Shown one piece after another: positions 39,425 through 49,539 of a DNA stretch of 64,000 bases. Origin of the DNA: Raja brachyura (lineage: Eukaryota); the NCBI GenBank assembly GCA_963514005.1, contig OY740787.1, positions 62,000,001-62,064,000 of the forward strand. Reading direction: 5' to 3'. The position numbers were made by a program, and so were the translations under genes. Each line of letters opens with the position of its first letter. The first letter of the stretch is position 1. The notes under the pieces were generated by a model. It did not search any database and was not told the origin of the DNA. It saw only the letters and a program-made list of their open reading frames with translations.

Positions 39425-42400
39425 TATATCGAAGTCACGTGAGTGACTACGTGAAGAGCCCGCCAGCCCCCATGCACGTCAATATGTTGACGCACGGCGC
39501 CAGAATCAGAGTTCGAAACTGCTCTGACAGGTAAGAGAAAAAAATAATTCAGAAACGGGCCGCTGCTCCGAAAATAGGGGGAGTGGGCCCAGGGAAGCTG
39601 GCACAGCTTGTGCAGCTGCTGCCGTAGAGGCCGTGTAAGGAGTCGGCGGGATAAAAATAGTAGCTGCCAGCACGGCCGGGACAGCTACCGCCGCGGAGGC
39701 TCAGCAGGAGCTGGCAGTTTTCAAAATAGCGGCTGCCGGCTTGGCCAGGACAGTGACTGCCATGGCAGAATGGGGCTCCACTGGAGCAGGCGGCTGTTCG
39801 GAACATCTCACGGGCAAAGCCTGTACAGATTGGAGCTCCGTAAGGGAGTCATACAGAGGGCTGAGGAGGCAACACCTGGTTCAGGGTTGCGTTCCATTTC
39901 CTCCCCTAAGAAACTCAGTTGAAGCTCCAGAAGGCAGTCACTAGCAGGAGCTCCTGTCTAGTGAGTAAAATAAATGAATAAATAAACAAACAAACAAATA
40001 AATAAAGAAAAATAAATGGATGAATAAATGAATAAAAAGGAAAAAGGAATGTGCTCCTAGTTCAGGAGACATTTACAGGCTGTGTCAGTCAGATGGTTGT
40101 GGGAGCAACACCTGGTTCAGGGTTGCATTATAATATGGCCCGCTCAGAAGAAGGAAAGCATTACCTGGCTCAGAGTTGTGTTATTTCCCGCTCAGAAGAG
40201 GGGAGTGTTGGAGATTCTTACATAGGTGACTCCAACCATGTGGATATCGATAAGGAAATCGAATCACTGAACTAATGGGGGGATATGCTTCAATATTATT
40301 GATATGAAGGAGATACTGGCTCTTGTCACATATTTGCCATCCCTTTGGGGATAGGAGATTAACTGGAGGAAGATTTGGCTAAAAGTATCCGGGAAATATG
40401 CCAGTTCAGATAACTGCCAGACTTTTTGGATGTTCCATACGTCAATTTTATCAGTTGGGATGTCCCAGTGATGATATGTAGGCAAAGCATTATGTCAGCA
40501 AGTCCAAACACCGCTCTGGTCATTACGGCCTTTTGCAAGTCAGTAGATGGGTCTCATCTCTCGGAAATGCTATAAGGCATGAGATAATTCCCAAAATGGC
40601 TCATTTCTACAGGGCCAGTAATGTGCAGCCTGCATAGTATCTCTTCAGAGACGACTTATGTAGCAAGTTGAAGACTTGCAGCGAGAATTTAAGGCGGAGT
40701 ACCATTCTATGTGGGTAAAGCTCCAGTATTCCGGCCGGTTTTCACCTGTATTCAAGGAGCAGGAAGCGCCGTTGAAGCTCCAGAAAGGAGCAGTCGGGAG
40801 TCACTAGCTGGCCTTGCAAGAACAGCTTGTTGCACCAGGCTTGCAGTAATGGCAGGCGTGACCTGCCCAGTGAGCCCCGCTGAGGCTTTGAAGGAGCAGC
40901 TGGCCTAAGGAGCAGCATGTCGATCCATGCTGGGAGAAACTGGCAGCGCAATCTGCACAGTCAGCTCCAGCAAGGCTTCAAAAAAGGCAGAAGGTCGCAG
41001 AAGTAGCCTGTCGAGGCAGGCTCGGAGTTATGGCAGGCGTGGCCTGTTCAGTGAGCTCCGCTAAAGCTCCGAAGGAGCAGAAAGGGCCGAAGGAGTGGCC
41101 GCCAAACCAGGCTGGGAATAACTGGTAGCGTGACCTGCATAGTAAAGCTCCAGCAAGGCTCTAAAGAGGCTGTAGGCCGAAGACGCAGTCTGTCTCATTG
41201 GGCTCAGAAATGCTGGCAGGCATGTCTTGCACAGCAATGTCATTTTGAGCTCTGGAAACGAGCTGTTTGGCAAGCGTGGGGCTGAAGATGTGGTCAGACA
41301 GGGTCTGCAATGGAACTTCGCTGAAGCTCCAACAAGCAGGTCGACCTGGGCTCAGAGACTCTGGCAAGTAAGGTCTCTTTACTAACCTCCGTAAAACTCC
41401 GAAATGGAGCAGTCTGTCACCCAGGTTTGGATTCACTGACAGCATGGGCTGTCTAGTACCTTTCACTGTCTCTGGAGAAGATCAGGTTGATGCAGAGACA
41501 TTGGCAGGGTGCCTCGCATAGCAACCTCTGTAAGTTCCAAGTAGGAACATCTTGGCTACCCTAGTTCAGGGTAGACCATCTTGGAACTGGCTGGCCATAT
41601 GGAACATATTGACCAGGGAAGCACTGCCTCAATATCTGTGATTGAGGTTATCAGGCTGCTCAGTAGAGTGAGGTAGTTTGAGGTTTCCCTCAGCACATGT
41701 TTAATTCTTTCAGCTCAGTTAGTAGAGTTGCCAGTTGGAAACATCATTGCCATCCTCTCTGGGATAGGCAGCTACCAGCAGAAAGGTGGTCTGGCAAGTA
41801 GCATTTTTTATCTGAGCTGCAGGTTCATGTTGTGAATAAAAAATATATATATATAATAATCTGTCGGCTCTCACTTCCAGTATTCCTGATTGAGTGGCTG
41901 GTCGAAGATAGTGTGTTGCGCACACTGGTGACTGAGACAGGTGGGTTTCAGTCAGAGGACTGCAGAGCAATTCCTGGTTCAGGGTTGCATTATGCTATTT
42001 TCCACTCTGAGGAAGAAGGCTGAGGATTCGTGGTGACTCTGACAGTCAAGAGTTGGCAGGGAACTCGTATTCCCACATCAAGTGGATGTTGTGTTTCAGC
42101 TCTAGTCATAAGGATCTGATTATATGTTATGAGCGAAATAAATAAATAAATAGATAGATGCATCTTCCGCGGCAAGAGAAGCCAAAAATATCCGTCCATA
42201 CGGTCAATGGAGGAAACGATGGTTAGCCAAGTGGAAACAGAGACGTCTCACAAAGGATGAGTAGTCTGCCCAAGAACAAGAGAGGTATATTTCTGATATT
42301 TCTCAAGGTTGCAGAAAACTGGAGCATGCCAAATCAGGTTAGGATTTGGCTAGTCGGATCATGTGTTTGGGTACCCAATTTAAGATAGATAATTGTCTTT

Positions 42401-44075
42401 CAGCAATTTAGCTGATTCTAAGGATTAGGGCCTCAATCGATCTTGAAGATGCATACTTTGCCATATCTATACACGAGAGGCACAAATATATCTGGTGTTT
42501 TGATGACAAAGCCAGTGGTGGAAAGTTTAGGCTACCTGGGGGCTGTCTTCAGGCCTAGGCTATTTACAAAGATTCTAAAGCTAATTCTGCCCTACTCAGA
42601 TGAACAGGGCATTGTGTCATGGAGTTTGTAGACGACACACAAATTTTGTAGCTGATAAGACTCAGGGGTTTTATCAGTCGATGCCTCTTACGATATTAAG
42701 GATGAGGCAACATGAAATTTAATAGTGCCAATTTTGCCTACTCATTCAGGGTGTCCATGGTAAAGGCAGCTGAAAGAAGCTCCTATTTACTCGAAGTCAC
42801 GAGTGATGGCTAGCTCAGCCTATTTCTCGTGCAGCTAGTTCTGCACGATTGTATGGGAAGTTTGTGAAGAAGACATGTGAGCTACTTTTAAACAGAAGTA
42901 GCAGAGGTTTGTGTTTTTTTCTGTTTGCGCTTAGGGAAGCGATTATGTTATAGCACAATTGACACTGCTTGTGCTGCTTTGTCATTCTCTATAAGTACCA
43001 TAAGTGGGACAATAAATGATTGGTTATTCACCCGTTGTTGACTAACGTTATGCAAGGTGTCTTTTATATGACCGGTCTAAAAGCCTAGTAGTGTGGAATG
43101 TATATCAGTAAATTATTATGCAGATATTCAGCTACTGCATTCCTAATGGGAACAGTATCTTTTAAGTTGATTATGCTTTTAGCAACTGATTTCAGCACAC
43201 AGTCTTCACTCAATCTCTGGCTCGGTCTCTGGGTCATAACTGACATGAGGGTAGCTTGTTATGGGAATGATCTCATAAAGCAAAATGCACATGGTTGGGT
43301 ACAATTTGGAGTTGACAGCATACCCACCAGATCGGAGATTGGGGGTGTTATTATGTATACAGGTACACTGAGCTTGCTAGTACCTATGAGATGAAGAATA
43401 GTTTCTTCTTTGTTATTTAATAGTTTTCTCAAGAGATTGCTGGGGGCTCATTAGCAGCCAATAGAATGGATATTCCCATTTTATCATCTTCTTGCAACAG
43501 CAGGAGGCTTACAAAGTGTGCTTTCGGAAGTTATAAAATTTGGTTGAATATGCCTGGATGATTGCAGATAGAATTCTGAACAGCGTTGCATGAGTTATTG
43601 TCTAATTCAAAGCCAATTGGGACTGTGGTCCGATTAAGGGCAATAGCCATGTATGCAAGTTAGCATCATGTTGTTAATAACCCATGTCTTTTCTACACAC
43701 ACAGATTGGGTTACTGCATGAAACCACAAAGCTTTGAAGGCTTCACGTAGTCACTCACGTGACATCAATATAAAATAGAAAGATTAAACAAGAACTTACC
43801 GTTTGAAGTTTGATCTTTATTTTATGAGAAGTTGAAGTGAGGGATTACGTGCCCTCCACTCACAACCCTGAATCTCATAAAGATCATTCGGTAACTCAAC
43901 CGTTATTAATCTTTCTATACTTTAAGTTTGTGCAAGTGGTCTGTGGTTTCATACAGTTATTCTGAAGATTGATGCGCATGTGGGCTGGCGGGCTCTTCAC
44001 GTAATCCCTCACTTCAACTTCTCATAAAATAAAGATCAAACTTCAAACGGTAAATTCTTGTTTAATCTTTCTATT
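39425..44075 (+). mobile_element. Second DIRS1-type retrotransposon, heavily decayed
   Basis: Left ITR tacgtgaagagcccgccagccc is inverted at ~43967-44004. The ICR at 43741-43851 is complementary to both ends. RT remnant IDLEDAYFAI (~42437) and PRLFTKILK (~42550). Confidence 0.88.
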
Positions 44076-44450
44076 CCTGAACACTGTGAATCATACAATA
44101 ATCAAATAATCCAATGTTGTAGTACAATTTGAACTTGGTTCCGTTCACTTTGCAAATGTGAAGCTCTGAACGTTACTCTGAGGATACCCCTCTCATTACA
44201 TATTTACCTAAAAGTCATACCCATTCTTTGTTTTTAGGTTTTTAAAGGATTCCATGCAGACCATTTGATGGGCTGAAGGGCCTGTTTCTGCGCTATCTCT
44301 AAAGTAAAATCTAAACAGGGGAACAGGCCCTTCGACCCACATTATCCGTGTTGAACATGATGCCAAGACTAACACATATGCCTGCACATAATCCACATCC
44401 CTTCAATCTCTGAATATTCACATGCCTATGCAAAAGTCTGTTAAATCTCA

Positions 44451-45378
44451 AATGCCAGACATACTTTGATACAATTCAAAGTATTACATAGATTACATTA
44501 TTCAAAAAAGAAATTAAATAGAATTTTTCCTAATATATCCCCATTGTGTGATAAATGTCAGCACATAGAAGCTGATTTAACACATAGTTTTGTAACATAC
44601 ACAAAACTTAATAGTTATTGGACTGAGATTTTTAAAATTATTTCTATAGTTCTTAAGATTATATTAAATCCTGACTCAAAGCTAATAATATTTGGTGTTT
44701 TAGATTCAAATCAGACATTAACAGTAAATCAAAGAAATTTTCTTGATTACTGTTTAATGATTGGAAAAAAATGAATATTAAAATTCTGGAAGGGACCATT
44801 ATCCCCTACAATCAAAATGTGGACAGTGGAAATGTTGGAGACGTTGCAATTGGAGAGAATTAGGTTTATCCTAATGGATAAATACGAACTTTTTGAACAA
44901 ATATGGTCTCCATTCACTGATTATATGAAGGGGTAGCTGGGCTCAGCATTGTAACTCAACAAGTACCCGGTGGTAAAATCAGATGAAAAGGTTTAATCTG
45001 AGATTTGTATACTCGTCTCTATATATATTTTTATTAGAAATTGGTCCATTCATTGCTAAGATGTATACTTTTTTTTTATTTTTAAGTGTAACAATTGTTT
45101 GTCAGTAATATGGGTTTTTTATTTTTTTATTTTTTTAAATTAAAAAATAAATAAAAAAATTTCTTCTCACATATAATCAAAATTATAATCACACTTTTTT
45201 TAATTAAACATATTTTTTCTTTACTCTTTTTTCTTTTCACTATTAAAACATTTGAGGCTTATATATATTGCTTTGTAATATTCATATAACTTTGGAAATA
45301 TGTAACATGTATATCTGGAAAAAACTGTTATATTATTTGTAATACGAATGGCTTCTAATAAAAATATATATTTTTTAA
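44451..45378 (+). mobile_element. L1-clade LINE 3' fragment, near-identical to 16757-17676
   Basis: IQFKVLHRLHYSKKKLNRIFPNISPLCDKC is identical to the first copy; TSD aaatctca at 44443-44450 and 45379-45386; inserted in a minus-strand CR1-type tail. Confidence 0.93.
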
Positions 45379-45457
45379 AAATCTCACTATTATATCCATC
45401 TCCACCACTACCCCTGACAGCACATTCTAGGCACTCACCAAACACTTGTCCTGCACA

Positions 45458-47140
45458 TCTATCTGTAGTATTACTAAAACTCTCTTGACCACCTCCGGTC
45501 TACGTTGTAAATAAATTTGTGTTAAAACGCTACCCTATATCGCTGGGATTTTTTTGCCATCTTATTCACCATTCTCCTCTGTTCCAAGCACCCCAAGTTT
45601 TGTTCTGATCGGTAAAATAATAGAAAACTTATGTAGGTTTAATAAATCGACAGATCAGCAGAGTGGTTTCCTCGCCTGAGTGTTACCATGAAGGTAACGC
45701 CCCTTCTGGGGGCCAGGAGAATAAAGTCCTGGAGGCCAGTCAGCCCGGAAGATGGGAAGCTGTAAGTGAGAGTTGAGTCCAGAACTGTGAGTCTATGCCG
45801 TGCTGACTGAACTGTGAGTCTACGCCATGCTGACTGAACTGTGAGTCTATGCCGTTCTGAATGAACTGTGAGTCTATGCCATGCTGAGTGAACTGTGAGC
45901 CCACCAGCCGTGGCTGAGTCCAGAGGTCGCGCTTACTCCGGAAGTCGCGCTCACTCCAGAAGTCGCACTCAGTCCAGATGTCGTGTTCAGTCTGGAAGTC
46001 CCTCTCAGTCCAGAGGTCGCGCTCAGTCCAGAAGTCCTGCTCAGTCCAGAAGTCGGGCATGAGTAGATTCAAGAGAATTTTACTGTCATATATCCCAGAT
46101 GTGTGTGTGTGAAGGAGGGTGTGAGTGTGTGTGAGATGGAGGGTGTGTGTGTGTGTGCGGGGTGTGTGTGTGTGTGTGTCAATGTGTGGGTGTGAGTGTG
46201 TGTGTGTGATGGAGGGTGTTGTGTGTGTGATGGAGAGTGTGTATGTGAGATAGATAGAGGGTGTGTGGGTGATGGAGGGTGTGTGTGTGTGTGAGATGGA
46301 GGGTGTGTGTGTGATGGAGGGTGTGTGTGTGTGTGAGATGGAGGGTGTGTGTGTGTGTGATGGAGGGTGTGTATGTAAGAGATGGAGAGTGTGTGTGTAT
46401 GAGATGGAGGGTGTGTGTGTGTATGAGATGGAGGGTGTGTGTGTGATGGAGGGTGTGTATGTAAGAGATGGAGAGTGTGTGTGTGTGATGGAGGGTGTGT
46501 GTGTGTGAATGGAGGATGCGTGGGTGTGTGAGAGATGGAGTCTGTGTGTGTGTGAGAGATGGAGGGTATGTTTGTGCTGGAGGGTATGTGTGAGATGGAG
46601 CGTGTGTGTGTGTGAGATGGAGGGTGTGTGTGTGATGGGGTGTGTGTGTGCGTGTGTGCATGTGCGTGTGCATGTGTGAGTGTGCGTGTGCATGTGTGCG
46701 TGTGTGTGTGTGTTTGCATGTGCGTGTGCGCGTGTGCATGTGCGTGTATGATGGAGGGTGTGTGGAGTGTGTGTGTGAGCCCACCAGCCGTGAGTGACTG
46801 AACTGCAAGCCCACCAGCCGTGACTGAGAGAACTGCGAGCCCACCAGATGTGACTGACTGAACTGTGATTCCACGAGCAGTGATTGACTGAACTGTGAGT
46901 CCACCAGCTGTGACTGACTGAACTGTGAGCCCAAGAATCCATTCAGCCCACAATGTCCATACAAGCCCTCTGAAAACCAGTCCCTTCAGCCCTCAACACC
47001 CATGCTAACGCTCCAGAAAGCCTCCCCCCCACCCCCCCCACTGGCCAACAATATTGGAATTGGTGGAGAGGTGGAATATTGCATTGGGGGACCAACCCTC
47101 CCATGTGAGAACGGGACCCAATGGGTCCCACTTAGTCGAG
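45458..47140 (+). mobile_element. Non-autonomous Helitron carrying minisatellites
   Basis: 5' TC; 3' hairpin gggaccc-aat-gggtccc (47113-47129) 11 bp before a CGAG (CTAG-like) end; inserted between A and T with no TSD, splitting a CR1 tail (tcctgcaca|tcccctttaaa). Confidence 0.8.
45770..46932. repeat. Compound minisatellite: 27-bp, 18-bp, GT/GATGGAGG and 30-bp units
   Basis: aactgtgagtctatgccgtgctgactg x4-5, ctcagtccagaagtcgcg x~8, (GT)n-gatggagg array at 46100-46775, and gagcccaccagccgtgactgactgaactgt x5. Confidence 0.9.
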
Positions 47141-47281
47141 TCCCCTTTAAATTTTTATCCTCTCCTGAAAGCTACTGTATGCCCTCTAATGGCCCACATT
47201 TTTAATATGTACCTTGAAGGGCAAAATATTGATTTTATTTACTTACATTTCATTTTAAGTGATGGCTACATTTTGCACATT

Positions 47282-47575
47282 CGTTTAGACTTTGGACTTT
47301 AGAGATACAGCATGGAAACAGGCCCTTCAGTTGACTGAGTCCACACCAACCACCTATCACCCACATGCTTGTACTGTCCTACAAACTAGGGACAATTTAC
47401 AGAAGCTAACTAACCTTCAAACCTGCATGCCTTTAGAATGAGGGCAGAAAGCGGAGCACCCGGAGAAAGCCCACGTGGTCACAGGAGAGAGTACAAACTC
47501 CATCTATAGTCAGGATTGAACCCGGGTCTCTGGTGCTGTAAGGCAGTAATCTACCGCTGTGCCACTGTGCCGCCC
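47282..47575 (-). mobile_element. tRNA-derived SINE
   Basis: Full head-core-tail structure. Confidence 0.85.
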
Positions 47576-47647
47576 TCTTCTTCTTACCCCAAGATCAACT
47601 TATCCTAAAGTAACCCTCTCCTTATGGATTCCTGTTTTTAGTATTGA

Positions 47648-48442
47648 CTAGACCAAGTACAGACCCGTTGGGTCTGTTCCCGCAACGCGCGGTTGCGAGG
47701 GGAGGGGGCGGCCTGAGGCGTCACACACACACTAACCAACCTCTCACATACACACACACACACTAACCACCCCTCACACACACACACTAACCACCCCCAT
47801 TGATAATATATTAGGAAGGCAGGGAGGAGAGGGGTAGGGCCGCCCAGCAGCCGTCGGCCTTGGAGTGAGCCTCAGCTCCATGGCCACGCATCCTCGGGGC
47901 TTCAGACCCTGAGTACGGGGAGGGGGGAGGGGAGGGTGGAGTGGTCGTGATGCCGAGTGAGCCTGCGGCCTAAGCGTATGCCTTTAAGGCGCTGCGTACG
48001 ACATCAAGACGCTGCATATGACGTTGAGACGTTGCGTACGCCCGTCGAGACGCTGCGTGTGCCCTCAATGCAAGCCTGCGGTCCGCCAGCGAGGACGACT
48101 AAAAGTAGCGGGGGAACAGCCGATCTTTGCCTTCCGCCAGTGTGACAGAGCCGGGCTGGGGGGGGAGGGTGGAGGGGAGCCAGTCAGCAGCAGGCATTAT
48201 GGTCGTGCGCGGCACGTGATTAGAAGATGGCCAGCAGGAGGCGACAAAATGAGTGAGGGGGGGGGGGGGGGGGGGGGGGGGTGAAGGATTTTATTAAAAA
48301 TGTGCACAGAAAAATGACTACATTTAATGAGGAGTGGATGAGCGAATGTAAAAGTGAAATCGCTAATGAAATGGTAAAAATCTCGGCGTTTTTTCATCTG
48401 GTTTTGGCAGAGTAACGAATCAAAGGCCAAAAATATGACATA

Positions 48443-48527
<85 letters not shown>

Positions 48528-48540
48528 AAAAGTATATAGA
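47648..48540 (-). mobile_element. Non-autonomous Helitron
   Basis: Minus strand starts TCTATATACT and ends CTAG (47648-47651); hairpin acagacccgttgggtctgt at 47659-47677; A|T insertion site; contains (CA)n and G runs. Confidence 0.82.
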
Positions 48541-48828
48541 TATACTTATTGCAAGTTAAGAACCAAACGTCCATTCAAGGATGTTGCAGCGGCGCCTGTT
48601 GGTGCACGCAGGTATCGAACATGGCGTTCGGAAACCGGGGTCACGTGACTCGGGAGTGGCTGCATATTTTTGGGCAGTTTCGCTTTCACGTCGGCAGTTG
48701 AGTGATGACCAGTTATCAAAACGTAGTTGTCGTTCTTGCGACCGCCAAATTGGTGACCCCGACCTGTCTAGCCGTCGTTAGACAAATAGATCATACAGGA
48801 AGACTACGTTCCTGCCGAATCAGCCGGC

Positions 48829-49512
48829 ATGCGACAGGGCTCACCATGCCTCAAAGTGCCATCATTTTGGCGCGATCAACCTCAGGTGTGGTTCACGCAC
48901 ATTGAAGCACAGTTTCATCTGCACCGCATAATTGCGGGTGATACGATGTATTTCCATGTGGTGGGAGCTTTGCCACAGGACTGTGCCTCGAGGCTGTTGC
49001 CTTACACCAGGGACCCACCGACGATTGCCAAGTACGAGGGGCTGAAAGCCCTCCTGCTCCACACCTTCGGTCTCAGTCGCAGAGACAGGGCTGCGAAGAT
49101 ATTGTACATGGACAGCGTCGGCGATCGACGGCCATCCACCATCATGGCAAAGATGGCGAGCATCAGTCGGACTTCAAACAGGCGTTCCTGGAGCAGATGC
49201 CTGACGAAGTCCGACTGATGCTCGCCAGAGCTGACTTCAGCGGCCCCCAGCACCTCACGGAGAGAGCTGACGAATTGTTGGCACACAGACGATGTTTGTG
49301 CCTTCACCTGCCCCCCTGTGACGGCGCGGGTGCAACCGAGACGACAGCGGGAGGAAGAAGAAGGCCAGCCCAGCGTTGAAGAGGAATCGCCGCTTCCAGT
49401 GGTCTACAGCAGACGCCGTTGGTGCTACTACCATCAGCACTACGGCCCCAAAACCCAAAGATGCCGAAGCCCCTGTTCGTTCCTGAGACATGCCTCGGCC
49501 GGTCGTCCCTAG
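48829..49512 (+). pseudogene. Gypsy gag remnant
   Basis: PSFWRDQPQVWFTHIEAQF...KYEGLKALLL and WCYYHQHYGPKTQRCRSPC, in different frames. Confidence 0.85.
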
Positions 49513-49539
49513 AGGCGAACGCGATCGGCCCAAACGAAC

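Noticed and set aside
45770-46055. Regular repeat array superficially like CRISPR
   Set aside because: The units are directly tandem with no unique spacers and no cas genes, and the context is eukaryotic.
45740-46964. Long His/Thr-rich ORFs (400, 294 and 261 aa)
   Set aside because: They are translations of (CA)n-rich and 18/27/30-bp tandem repeats that lack stops in all three frames, inside a Helitron.
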